From: Treponemataceae bacterium
GTDB lineage: Bacteria > Spirochaetota > Spirochaetia > Treponematales > Rectinemataceae
Direction: 5' to 3'
Assembly (NCBI GenBank): GCA_963678065.2
Contig: CAXXVZ010000004.1
Location: 576,001-640,000 of the forward strand
DNA length: 64,000 nt
Shown here: in pieces, positions 40,226 to 49,786 of the stretch
Numbering within the stretch: position 1 is the stretch's first letter
Layout of the letters: the number at the start of each line of letters is the position of its first letter
Notes under the pieces: generated by a model
What the model was told of the DNA's origin: nothing
The model's input: only the letters and a program-made list of their open reading frames with translations
Database searches by the model: none
Translations under genes and position numbers: made by a program

Positions 40226-40250
40226 AAAAAACCGCCCCGTGAGGGGCGGT
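40226..40250 (-). terminator. Terminator after the lipoprotein gene
   Basis: ACCGCCCC-GTGA-GGGGCGGT preceded by an A-tract on the plus strand. Confidence 0.75.
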
Positions 40251-40283
40251 CCGGATCATGCCGACGGACGGCACGACAGGCAA

Positions 40284-40874
40284 TTACTGGGCCTTGTAAC
40301 CGGCGGCTTCGAGAGCGGCCTGGGCGGCGCCGACGGAGTCCTTGAGAGTGGTGAGGCTGGCCTTGGCGGCGGCGAAATCGCCGGAGTCATTGGCGGCCTT
40401 GGCGGTCTCATACTCGGTCTTGGCGGCGTTGAGGGTGCCAGTGGTGGCGGCGACGTTGACCTTGGCTTTCTTTCCGGCCTTGGCGGCGAGGGCGAGTTCG
40501 GACTCGACGGTCGTCATGGCAGTCTGGACGTCGGTGAGGAGGGTGGCGACTTCCGCTTTGGCGGCTTCGAGTCCGGCGGCAGCGTCAGTCTCGGCCTTCT
40601 TGGACGCCTCGAGGAGGGTCTTGGCGAGAGCGGGAAGAGCCTTATAGGACTTGCCGGAGGTCTTGGCGTTCTGGGCATCGAGTTCAGCCTGAAGAGCGGC
40701 CTGGGCATCCTGGGCGGCTTTGAAAGAGTCGGCGGCGTAGACATCGGCCTTGGCAGTCTGGGCGGCGGTGAAAGCGGCGTTCGCGGCATCGATGTCTTTC
40801 TGGGGAAGGGCGGGAGCGCAGGCGAACATGAGAGCGACGAGAGCCACGGCAGCGACGATCTTGAGAGACTTCAT
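40284..40874 (-). CDS. Ala/Lys-rich helical lipoprotein (DUF4398-like), probably highly expressed
   Basis: MKSLKIVAAVALVALMFAC lipobox, strongly biased codons, GGAGG RBS, own promoter and terminator. Confidence 0.78.
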   Translation of the reverse strand: MKSLKIVAAVALVALMFACAPALPQKDIDAANAAFTAAQTAKADVYAADSFKAAQDAQAALQAELDAQNAKTSGKSYKALPALAKTLLEASKKAETDAAAGLEAAKAEVATLLTDVQTAMTTVESELALAAKAGKKAKVNVAATTGTLNAAKTEYETAKAANDSGDFAAAKASLTTLKDSVGAAQAALEAAGYKAQ

Positions 40875-40970
40875 GATTGCTTTCCTCCATGAACGGGTAA
40901 GCAAAAAAGTGATGAGCGGTAATCGAACACACAAGATGTTACGGGTTTACCTGCTTTTCAGTGCAAACGT

Positions 40971-40999
40971 ATGATACCGGGTATAATTCAAAATGTCAA
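40971..40999 (-). promoter_or_regulatory. Near-consensus sigma70 promoter
   Basis: TTGACA-17 nt-TATCAT. Confidence 0.7.
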
Positions 41000-41314
41000 T
41001 GAATGCGAAAGACCGCGCAGTACAACAAAGTATACACCTTGGCGCGAAAGTTACATTAAAATTAAAAACATCCGGTCATCCGCTTTGTCCCGAAGCCGTC
41101 GCGGCCCCGCCGGCCACTCTCTTCGAATTCACCGATTTCATGTTAAGAAAACAACATAGAAACTTAATAACGAGATGGAACTCGGTGACTTGCGGCGGGA
41201 TGAATCGGGATGCGATACTCGAAATGTCGGGAGGGGAATTCAGTTTTTTTTCTTCCCGTTCTGCAAATTCCGGAAAATCGAAGAGAAATCCCAGCTGGTA
41301 CAAGGAGGTAGCTC

Positions 41315-42430
41315 ATGCGGAGAACGACATTTATTGTCCTGATTGCCGCGATCGCCGTCATTGCGGCGGGGGCCCAGCAGTACGCGGGGCTCTCCGCCAT
41401 TGCGGCCATACCCGGCATCCAGCCCGGCTCAAGGCTGATGCTCATGGTGCGCGGCGACGCCGCGGAGGGCAAGGTCTGGGGCAGCGACATCTATTCGGCG
41501 GATTCAAGCATCGCGGCGGCGGCCGTACACGCCGGAATCCTCCAGCACGGCCAGACGGGAACAGTCACGGTCGAAGTCATTCCCGGTTCGCCGGGCTACT
41601 CCGGGAGCTCGAGGAACGGCGTCACGAGTCTGTCAGCTGGGAGCTACCGGCTGAGTTTCCGTTTCGTCGGTCAGACGACTTCCGGAGGGTTCCAGCCGCC
41701 AGGCGTTCAGCAGCCTGTCCAGCCGGCGCAGCCCCAGCCTCCCATCATCCAGGCGCCGGTCCAACCGGTTCAGCCTCAGCCTCCCGCATTCTCCTCGACA
41801 CGGATATTCGCCTTCACCGATCCGGGTACGCTCAACAGGCTCCCGGATAAAACCCCGGGGACCAGTGTGTTCTTCCTCGTTACCGGCTCTACGAGCGGCA
41901 GCATCTGGGGCACGGGAATCTATACGATCGATTCGAACCTTTCCGCCGCCGCCGTACACGCGGAAATCCTCTCCCCGGGCCAGAAGGGACTGGTCAAAGT
42001 GAACATTCTCCCGGGACAGAGTTCGTATACAGGCAGCAGCCGGAACGGAGTATCGACCGCCAACTATCCGGCTTACCCGGCAAGTTACTCGGTGGAAGCG
42101 GCCCGCGATACGGGACCCGTCACGGAAATGTCGCTGGACCCCGGCTCGATGGCGGTTTACCCGGGCGCCGCGGCCGGGCAGACTCTGGTTCTGTGGATCA
42201 AGGGCAGAAAGTCCGGGGGTTCGATCTGGGGCAGCGATGTCTACACATCGGACTCGGCCCTCGGTCTCGCGGCGGTCCACGCGGGGGTTCTCGCCGACGG
42301 CGAAAGCGCGCCCGTCATCGTGAAAGTGCTGCCGGGGCAGACCAGCTACACGGGCTCGTCGCGCAACGGAGTCTCGACCGCGGGTTACGGAGCCTGGGGC
42401 CTCAGCTACTCGCTGGAGCGGCCACACTGA
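41315..42430 (+). CDS. Secreted protein with three LCCL domains
   Basis: Signal peptide; three repeats of (V/I)WG(S/T)xxYxxDSxxxxAAVHAG...PGxxxYxGSSRNGV; P/Q-rich linker. Confidence 0.85.
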   Translation: MRRTTFIVLIAAIAVIAAGAQQYAGLSAIAAIPGIQPGSRLMLMVRGDAAEGKVWGSDIYSADSSIAAAAVHAGILQHGQTGTVTVEVIPGSPGYSGSSRNGVTSLSAGSYRLSFRFVGQTTSGGFQPPGVQQPVQPAQPQPPIIQAPVQPVQPQPPAFSSTRIFAFTDPGTLNRLPDKTPGTSVFFLVTGSTSGSIWGTGIYTIDSNLSAAAVHAEILSPGQKGLVKVNILPGQSSYTGSSRNGVSTANYPAYPASYSVEAARDTGPVTEMSLDPGSMAVYPGAAAGQTLVLWIKGRKSGGSIWGSDVYTSDSALGLAAVHAGVLADGESAPVIVKVLPGQTSYTGSSRNGVSTAGYGAWGLSYSLERPH

Positions 42431-42499
42431 GAATCGGCCGGAGAGAGCGGCCCCCTTCGGAGACCCTTCTCTCTCCGGCCGGTCCGCACCCGGCCGGCT

Positions 42500-43900
42500 T
42501 CAGACCTTCAGATATTTCCACCTGCCCGCGCGCACACGGAATCCATACATCGACGAGCGCACGACAAAATCCATCGTCACTCCCACCATCACGCCATAAA
42601 TGTCGAAACCGAAAGAATGTGTCAGAACCCAGGCGAAGCCGATGCGGAAGACCCACAGGCCGACGAGGGCCGAGACCGTGACGTAGGCGATGTCGCCCGC
42701 AGCCCTGAGGACTCCCGCGCTCACGTTCATGATGCCGAGAAAGGGACTGATGAGGGCGAATATGCGGATGATCGAGGCGCTCGTTTCCACGACGGCGGGA
42801 TCGGCGGAATAGATGGCTACGAGCGAATGGGAAAAAATGAAAATCCAGAAGCCCAGGAAAGAGATGAGGGCGACGGCGAGGAGATTGGCCTCGAAGGCGT
42901 AGATCCCCGCCTGCCTGTGATCGCCCTTTCCGAGAGTCTGTCCGACGATAGTGGTCGAGGCGATGGCGAGGCCGAAGATGGGCATGAAAGCCAGGGAATT
43001 GACATTGACGCCGACCTGGAATGATGCCGACTGGATGATGCCGAGGGAAATGAGGATCACCTGCATCGCGAGAAATCCGCCCTGCATCACGAGCTGTTCG
43101 ATGAAGGCGGGCAGCCCGACCCGGAAGATGCGCGCGATCATGTCGGGGTCCAGGGAGAAACGGTCGCCAAAGCTCAGGCGGCAGCTGCCTTTTTTCAGAA
43201 AGACGAGAAGAATCCTGAGCGTACCCGCGAAAATCCTCGTCGCCATGACGGATATTCCCGCGCCGACGATGCCGAAAGCCGGTACAACGACGGAGCCGCC
43301 GGTCCGGATCCCGAAAATGAGGATGGAGCTCAGGGCGATGTTGACGATGTTGGCCGCCAGGGTGACGAGCATCGGCGTCCTCGTGTCGCCCGTTCCGCGC
43401 ACCGCCCCCGCCACGACGAGGTCGATGACGAAGAAGGGTGTCCCTATCATCACGAGGCGGTAATACCTGAGACCTATAGCGAGGACTTCGGGATTCGCCG
43501 TACCGAAAAAGAGCCCAAGCACCTGACGCGCGAAGACGAGCGCGGGAATGGCGACACAGATGCCCGCCGCGATCCCCACCAGGAGGGATTGGGCGAGGGC
43601 GTTCTTCGCCCCCGCGATATCGCCCGCGCCGGTCTGCCTCGCGATGACGACGGTCGCCCCCGTCGCGAGCCCCGCGAAGACTGTCTGGATGAAGACGATG
43701 ATCATGTTCACGAGGCCGACAGCGGCCAGTTCGGGGGTGCCGATCCTGCCGACGAAAACGGTCGAGACGACGCCCACCATCATGATGAGGAGTTGTTCGA
43801 CGATGGCCGGCCAGGCCAGGGTGAGAATGCTGCGGTAGACTTCACGCCGGGAATATCCGGGACGGGATACACGGAGCAGGAGTTTGTGACCTGTAGACAT
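42500..43900 (-). CDS. MATE family efflux transporter
   Basis: LAWPAIVEQLL, RGTGDTRTPM, RVGLPA and RAAGD motifs; multiple TM segments. Confidence 0.92.
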   Translation of the reverse strand: MSTGHKLLLRVSRPGYSRREVYRSILTLAWPAIVEQLLIMMVGVVSTVFVGRIGTPELAAVGLVNMIIVFIQTVFAGLATGATVVIARQTGAGDIAGAKNALAQSLLVGIAAGICVAIPALVFARQVLGLFFGTANPEVLAIGLRYYRLVMIGTPFFVIDLVVAGAVRGTGDTRTPMLVTLAANIVNIALSSILIFGIRTGGSVVVPAFGIVGAGISVMATRIFAGTLRILLVFLKKGSCRLSFGDRFSLDPDMIARIFRVGLPAFIEQLVMQGGFLAMQVILISLGIIQSASFQVGVNVNSLAFMPIFGLAIASTTIVGQTLGKGDHRQAGIYAFEANLLAVALISFLGFWIFIFSHSLVAIYSADPAVVETSASIIRIFALISPFLGIMNVSAGVLRAAGDIAYVTVSALVGLWVFRIGFAWVLTHSFGFDIYGVMVGVTMDFVVRSSMYGFRVRAGRWKYLKV

Positions 43901-44041
43901 AGACCAACTGACTATAGCATCGATTCGAAGCTTGCGCAGCGGCATGCCGGGAAAACTCTTAAAAATTCATTTTTGCTTGCGCGCGCGGGATCAATCCTGT
44001 ATTTTCCCAATATATCCTGTACATCCCGCAAAGGAGCCCGT

Positions 44042-44602
44042 ATGCCGACACTCCGCGCGCTTCTCGATGGCCGTCTCGAAATTGTCAGCGGCGATATCAC
44101 TGGATTGGTGGTCGACGCGATCGTCAACGCGGCCAATTCGAGCCTCCTGGGCGGAGGCGGCGTGGATGGCGCCATCCACCGCGCCGGTGGGCCCGCGATC
44201 CTCGCGGAGTGCCAAGCTCTGAGACGCGGCGCATGGAAGGAAGGACTTCCGCCCGGCAAGGCGGCATCGACGACGGCGGGCAGGCTGAGTGCCAAGCGAG
44301 TCATCCACACCGTCGGTCCGATCTGGCAGGGAGGAGGACGGGGCGAGAGTTCACTCCTCGAATCCTGCTATCGGGAGTGCCTGGCCATCGCGGAGAGAGA
44401 AGAACTGTCTTCTGTCGCCTTCCCCGCGATATCGACCGGCGTGTACGGATATCCCAAGGCCGAGGCCGCCCGCGTCGCATTCGGCGCCGTGCGGGATTTC
44501 GTACAAGACCACAGGACTCCTGCGCGGATCGTCTTCGTCTTCTTCAAGGCTGAAGACGCGGAAGTCTTTCTGTCGGCGCTTGACGGGGAAACGCGGGCAT
44601 AG
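44042..44602 (+). CDS. ymdB: Macrodomain O-acetyl-ADP-ribose deacetylase
   Basis: GDIT, DAIVNAANSSLLGGGGVDGAIHRAGG, HTVGP and FPAISTGVYGYP motifs. Confidence 0.9.
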   Translation: MPTLRALLDGRLEIVSGDITGLVVDAIVNAANSSLLGGGGVDGAIHRAGGPAILAECQALRRGAWKEGLPPGKAASTTAGRLSAKRVIHTVGPIWQGGGRGESSLLESCYRECLAIAEREELSSVAFPAISTGVYGYPKAEAARVAFGAVRDFVQDHRTPARIVFVFFKAEDAEVFLSALDGETRA

Positions 44603-44682
44603 CGGCCAGAGTCGCAGAAGAACGGCGGACGGGAAACCACCAGCCTCTCGTCACGCCTCAGGGTTTGAAACCTACTTCCGAA

Positions 44683-45039
44683 TCAGCTTTTCTTCGCTTC
44701 CTTCCCCGGCAGGGTCGCGGCATGCCGGAGCGAGCGGACAAACAACTCTTCGATCAGGCTGCGGCTCTCCGAAGGTCCGCTTACGGCGACGTACTCCCTC
44801 ATTGTCCGGCCCTTCACGGGTTCGAACGGGCCAATCACTCCGCCCCGTCCGAGGAATTCTTCTCGGTCTGGCTCCGGCAAACGGAAAAAGAGCGATTCTC
44901 CGAACACTCCGCAGAACATGTTGCCGCGCATGAAGGCGACAGGATAGCCGAACATTGTTTTCCGTTCGCAGTCGGTGCCCCCGACGAGGGTCGAGAAAAG
45001 TTCCTTGATCGCAAGGCTCGATTTGACGAATTTGTCCAT
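44683..45039 (-). CDS. TfoX/Sxy N-terminal domain protein
   Basis: RKTMFGYPVAFMRGNMF...PFEPVKGRTMREYV. Confidence 0.8.
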   Translation of the reverse strand: MDKFVKSSLAIKELFSTLVGGTDCERKTMFGYPVAFMRGNMFCGVFGESLFFRLPEPDREEFLGRGGVIGPFEPVKGRTMREYVAVSGPSESRSLIEELFVRSLRHAATLPGKEAKKS

Positions 45040-45138
45040 GCTCTCCCCTATTCCCGTTTCCGTGTTCTGTCTTTTACAATTTGCCTAAAAGATTCAGCCA
45101 TGAAGAATGCGTCGATACCGGATCGGACTCGGAAACGA

Positions 45139-45346
45139 TTAATGTCCCGGGTTCTTGATCTTGACCCCGATCCGTCCCCGCGCGGCGTATTTCTCAAGAT
45201 ACTCCGAGGCCGATTGGCTGTTGCAGTTGTTCTTCGCGATCACGGGATCCACCCTGCCGATTGCGCGCGCCGTGACTCAGGTAGATCTTCTTCGTCCGCA
45301 CGTCGCCTTGCGCCTCGAGCCACGCGAGAACATTGTCTTTAGTCAT
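45139..45346 (-). pseudogene. Internally deleted DNA alkylation repair (AlkD-like) gene remnant
   Basis: N-terminus MTKDNVLAWLEAQGDVRTKKIYLSHGA joined out of frame at GCGCGCGC (about 45263-45270) to C-terminus AIGRVDPVIAKNNCNSQSASEYLEKYAARGRIGVKIKNPGH*. Confidence 0.6.
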
Positions 45347-45572
45347 TGTGTCTTTATACCCCCACATACCGGCTTTTCACCATGCCGCCCCGGATACTTC
45401 CGCTCCCTCATGGTGGCGCCTCCGGCTTCATGCGCGGCTCAGGCGCATCGGTTTCGATGCAGGTTTTTCTGTCTGGTTTTGTCTGTCACGATTTTTCCCC
45501 ATCGGCAGAGACGGGGCGATGGCGCCTGTGTATGCGGTCGCCGTCGCCGCTCTCCGCCGACGCGCAGTCAGC

Positions 45573-46007
45573 TCACTTTTTCTCAGGCAGCGTGTAGCTC
45601 ACCATCCACTGGACGCCGAATTTGTCGGTGAACGAACCGTAGTAGGCACCCCAGAAGGTGTTCTCGAGCGGCATCTCGACCTTTCCGCCCGCACTGAGGG
45701 CGCCGAAAATCCTGTCGGCCTCCGCTTTACTTTCGGTTTCGAGGTAAACATAGAAATTATTCCCGAATATCAGCTTCTGTCCGAAAGACTCGGGGACGTC
45801 CGAAGCCATGAGCGTAAATCCATTCGGAATCGGCAAGGCGATGTGCATGATTTTGTCGCGATCGGCCTCGGGCATCTTGGCTCCGTCGGGGGTGTCCTTG
45901 AACCGCATCACGAAAGAAAAATCGCCGCCGAACACTGACTTGTAGAATACGAAGGCCTCTTCGGCATTCCCGTTGAAATTAAGATAAACACTCGCGTATT
46001 TCATCAT
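45573..46007 (-). CDS. VOC/PhnB-family protein
   Basis: YLNFNGNAEEAFVFYKSVFGG, IMHIAL and FWGAYYGSFTDKFGVQWM motifs. Confidence 0.9.
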   Translation of the reverse strand: MMKYASVYLNFNGNAEEAFVFYKSVFGGDFSFVMRFKDTPDGAKMPEADRDKIMHIALPIPNGFTLMASDVPESFGQKLIFGNNFYVYLETESKAEADRIFGALSAGGKVEMPLENTFWGAYYGSFTDKFGVQWMVSYTLPEKK

Positions 46008-46086
46008 CTATCCTCCCGTCGTCTGATCATATCAGTATCCCCTTTCAGGGAAATGACATGCCGCCACAAGGCAGATGATAAATGTA

Positions 46087-46107
46087 CCGCCGGGCTTCGC
46101 CCGGCGG
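46087..46107. terminator. Hairpin downstream of the aminotransferase gene
   Basis: CCGCCGGGC-TTC-GCCCGGCGG. Confidence 0.5.
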
Positions 46108-46177
46108 CAAATTCGGAACGAGAAAAACGACCGTTTATTTCCGGACCGTGCAGGTCGCGGCCATGCAGATTCCGCGC

Positions 46178-47644
46178 TCAGACAGGCGTAAAGCGCGCAA
46201 GAAGGTCGGGAACGGCCACACCACCATCCTTCGGCTCGAACTCGCCCGAATCCTTGTGGAAGTCGTAGCCCGAACCCCAGTCGCGGTAGTTGCGGATGAC
46301 CTCGACGGTGGAGCGGGCGAGGTAGCGGGCTTCACCATCCGTCATCGTGGGGTGGAGGGAGATGCGGACCCATCCAGGCTTCTGCGTGAGGTCTCCCCCG
46401 TCGATCATATCGGTGATGTGGCGCGAGTTCGTCTTCTTGATGTTGAAGAGGATATGGCCGTAGGTTCCCGCGCAGCTGCAACCGCCCCGCGTCTGGACGC
46501 CGAATCGGTCGTTGAGGAGGCGCACGATCAGGTTGTGGTGCTCGCCGGGCACATAGAGCGAGAGGATGCCGAGGCGGTCCATGTTCTCCGCCTCGAGGAG
46601 CATGACGGCGGGCTCCTTGCCGAACTCCTCCATGACAATGGCTTTGAGCTCCTCCTCGCGCTCGCGTATGCGGTCGACGCCCATCGAGGCCTTGAGCTCC
46701 ATCGCGAGGGCCGCGCGTATGGCCTGCAGGAATCCGGGAGTGCCTCCGTCTTCGCGCGCCTCGATCTCGTCGACGTAGCGGTGCGTCCCGAAAGGGGTCG
46801 TCCACTTCACCGTGCCGCCGCCCGGCTGGTCGGGCACGGCGCGCTTGTAGAGAGTATTGGCGAGAACGAGGACTCCGGAGGCGCCGGGGCCGCCCAAAAA
46901 CTTGTGCGGAGAGAAGGTGATCGCGTCGAGGTGTTCGTCCGGATCGGCTGGATGCATATCGATCTCGACATAGGGCGCCGAGGCGGCAAAGTCCACAAAG
47001 CAGAGGCCCCCGTGGCGGTGCATGAGGGCGGCCATCTTCCGGTAGGGGGTGAGGATTCCGGTCACGTTCGAGCAGGCGGTGAAGGCACCGATAAGGAGCG
47101 GCCGCGCGGCGTTCTCTTTGAGCAGGCGCTCGAGCCATCCGAGGTCGGGGAGCCCCGTGTTCTCGTCGCGGGGGACGATCCGGACGTCGACATCGCACTC
47201 CTCCCAGGTGATCTGGTTGGAGTGGTGCTCCATGTGCGTGACGAGAACGAGGGGCCTCGTCCCTTCCTTGCAGGAGCGGGTGCAGCCCTCAGGGAGCCTC
47301 AAGCCCAGCATGCGCTGGAGCTTGTTGATGGCGGCCGTCATGCCGAAGCCGGAGAAGAAGAGGGAGTCGGCGGGACCGGCGCCCACGCTCCGCTTGATGA
47401 TGTCCCTGGCCCTGTGGTATGCGCGCGTCATCGCGACGCCCGTGTATGTGGTCTCGGTGTGAGTGTTCGCGACGAGCGGGCCTATCTCGCGGAGCATGAA
47501 CTCCTCGATCGGGCCGTACAGGCGGCCTGAGGCCGTCCAGTCCGCGTACACGATCGGGGCTTCGCTCCCGTCCGCGAGACGCATGGTCGCGTCGATCCCG
47601 ACAATCTTCTCGCGGTAGGGCGCAAAGTATGATTCGAGGCTCAT
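46178..47644 (-). CDS. Class V PLP aminotransferase (cysteine desulfurase-like)
   Basis: YADWTASGR, MEHHSN, SPHKFLGGPG, GGTP and RGGCSCAG motifs. Confidence 0.88.
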   Translation of the reverse strand: MSLESYFAPYREKIVGIDATMRLADGSEAPIVYADWTASGRLYGPIEEFMLREIGPLVANTHTETTYTGVAMTRAYHRARDIIKRSVGAGPADSLFFSGFGMTAAINKLQRMLGLRLPEGCTRSCKEGTRPLVLVTHMEHHSNQITWEECDVDVRIVPRDENTGLPDLGWLERLLKENAARPLLIGAFTACSNVTGILTPYRKMAALMHRHGGLCFVDFAASAPYVEIDMHPADPDEHLDAITFSPHKFLGGPGASGVLVLANTLYKRAVPDQPGGGTVKWTTPFGTHRYVDEIEAREDGGTPGFLQAIRAALAMELKASMGVDRIREREEELKAIVMEEFGKEPAVMLLEAENMDRLGILSLYVPGEHHNLIVRLLNDRFGVQTRGGCSCAGTYGHILFNIKKTNSRHITDMIDGGDLTQKPGWVRISLHPTMTDGEARYLARSTVEVIRNYRDWGSGYDFHKDSGEFEPKDGGVAVPDLLARFTPV

Positions 47645-47748
47645 TGTTTCCTCCGTGCTTCCATTTTATCGTGCATCTTTGTCAGCGCATCAAAAGGCAT
47701 GACAGGTCCGGGGCCGCGGGAAAAGCGACTGGATGTCGCGATCGACGC

Positions 47749-49254
47749 TTAATCGGCGTCCGTAAACGCCACTGCTCTTGTCTTTTTTACCACGGGCAGC
47801 GCGATGATGACAATCAGAAAGACCGTCGCGAGCAAGAGGCCGGCGGAGATCGGGCGTGTCACGAAGACCGAAAATTTTCCCCTGGACAGAAGCAGCGCCC
47901 GGCCAAAATTCTCTTCCATCATCGGACCCAGTATGAATCCGAGCAGAAGCGGTGCCACCTCGCAGTCGAGCCATCGGAACAGCACTCCGAGGATCGTGAA
48001 AAAAATCGCCACATAAAGATTGAATACACTGTTGTTCAAGGAATAGATGCCGATGCAGCAGAACATGACGATCGCAGGGTAGAGCAGCCTGTAGGGGATC
48101 GTCAGCAGTTTGACCCAGATGCCGATCAGAGGCAGGTTCAGCACGACGAGCATGAGGTTCCCGATCCACATCGAGACGATCAGGCCCCAGAACAGAGCCG
48201 GGTTCGAACTCATCACGAGAGGACCGGGCTGGATGTTGTGGATGCTCATGGCGCCAACCATCAGCGCCATGACCGCGTTGGTCGGAATGCCCAGCGTCAG
48301 GAGAGGGATGAAGGAAGTCTGGGAGGCCGCGTTGTTGGCCGACTCGGGTCCCGCCACACCTTCGATCGCGCCCTGGCCGAATTCCTCCGGGTGTCTGGAC
48401 ACTTTCTTCTCGAGCGTGTAGGCCGCAAACGAGGCGAGCGTGGCACCTCCGCCGGGCAACACGCCCAACAGACTCCCGATCCCCGTACCGCGCAGGATCG
48501 GAGCGACCATTCTCTTGAAATCTTCCTTTGTCGGCCACATTCCATTGATCTTCCGCATGGCGGTTTCGCCCTGTTTGCGCGGGCCGAGGTTCGAGATCAC
48601 CTCCGCGAAACCGAACAGCCCCATGGCGACGCAGACAAAGTCGATACCGTCGTAGAGCGGGGCGCTCTTGAATGTGAAGCGGGCGATTCCCGAGTTGACG
48701 TCCGCCCCCACAAGGCCGAGCAGCAATCCGATGATTATCATGCAGATGGCCTTGATCAGGGAACCGGACGAAAGTACGACAGCCCCGACGAGGCCGAGAG
48801 TCATCAGGGAGAAGTATTCGGTCGGCCCGAAACGGAGCGCCAGCTGGGATAGGGGCACCGAGAAAGCGGCGAGAATGAGCGTGGCGACGCATCCTGCGAA
48901 AAATGAGCCCATCGCGGCGGTGAAGAGAGCCACCCCCGCGCGCCCCTTGCGGGCCATCTGGTAGCCATCGATCGCAGTCACGACGGAGGAAGACTCGCCG
49001 GGTATGTTGACGAGTATCGCCGTTGTCGAACCACCGTACGCGGCGCCGTAGTAGATGCCCGCGAGCATGATCAGCGCCGAGACGGGATTAAGCCCGTAGG
49101 TCGCAGGCAGCAGCATCGCGATCGTAGCCACCGGCCCCAGACCGGGCAGGACGCCTATCAGGGTACCGAGGAGGCAGCCTATCAGCGAATAGAGCAGGTT
49201 GATCGGCGAAAGCGCCGTGGAAAATCCCAATGCCAGATTGGTTAGCATGTTCAT
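47749..49254 (-). CDS. tctA: Tripartite tricarboxylate transporter large permease
   Basis: GVLPGLG, YGGSTTAILVNIPGE and GPESANNA motifs. Confidence 0.93.
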   Translation of the reverse strand: MNMLTNLALGFSTALSPINLLYSLIGCLLGTLIGVLPGLGPVATIAMLLPATYGLNPVSALIMLAGIYYGAAYGGSTTAILVNIPGESSSVVTAIDGYQMARKGRAGVALFTAAMGSFFAGCVATLILAAFSVPLSQLALRFGPTEYFSLMTLGLVGAVVLSSGSLIKAICMIIIGLLLGLVGADVNSGIARFTFKSAPLYDGIDFVCVAMGLFGFAEVISNLGPRKQGETAMRKINGMWPTKEDFKRMVAPILRGTGIGSLLGVLPGGGATLASFAAYTLEKKVSRHPEEFGQGAIEGVAGPESANNAASQTSFIPLLTLGIPTNAVMALMVGAMSIHNIQPGPLVMSSNPALFWGLIVSMWIGNLMLVVLNLPLIGIWVKLLTIPYRLLYPAIVMFCCIGIYSLNNSVFNLYVAIFFTILGVLFRWLDCEVAPLLLGFILGPMMEENFGRALLLSRGKFSVFVTRPISAGLLLATVFLIVIIALPVVKKTRAVAFTDAD

Positions 49255-49264
49255 GTTCGTCCAC

Positions 49265-49735
49265 CTATCCCGCTATGCGAAGATCCGGCCAGACAAGGAA
49301 CGGCAGGCGCAATCCCTTGACGAAAACCAGGTATGCGAAAGCCATCAGGGCGACCGCAAGAATGAGCATTTCCTTGAAAGTCCTCTTCTCTTCGCTTGCC
49401 ACGGCGGATATGACCGTCATGAGGGCGATCGAAGCCATCAATCCAAGCCTCGGGAGAGCGAGCGCGAAGATGAGGATCGAGAGGCTGATCAAGGAGATGG
49501 GGCGCCATTGCCACTCCCCCATCGAAACAACGGCCGTCCGGGTGGATATTGACCTCACCGACACGACCAGTCCGAGTACGGCGAGCAAGGATCCCAATAC
49601 GAAGGGAAAGTATCCCGGTCCGATCTCCCTGGCTGTCCCGAGTTTGTAGCTCCATGACATCGACGCAAAACAGAGGCCAATGGCCATGAAGAGCAGGCCG
49701 GAAAAGAAATCGCGCTGATTACGTATCCTCATCAT
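49265..49735 (-). CDS. tctB: Tripartite tricarboxylate transporter small permease
   Basis: Four TM segments, GPGYFP motif, adjacent to tctA. Confidence 0.88.
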   Translation of the reverse strand: MMRIRNQRDFFSGLLFMAIGLCFASMSWSYKLGTAREIGPGYFPFVLGSLLAVLGLVVSVRSISTRTAVVSMGEWQWRPISLISLSILIFALALPRLGLMASIALMTVISAVASEEKRTFKEMLILAVALMAFAYLVFVKGLRLPFLVWPDLRIAG

Positions 49736-49786
49736 GACTCCGTCCCGCGGCTCTTCCGCGGATGTTGATGACGTTCCCCGCCCATA

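Noticed and set aside
44683..46007. Integron cassette array (small co-oriented genes with an imperfect hairpin at 45501-45562)
   Set aside because: I could not find RYYYAAC/GTTRRRY attC ends or an integrase.
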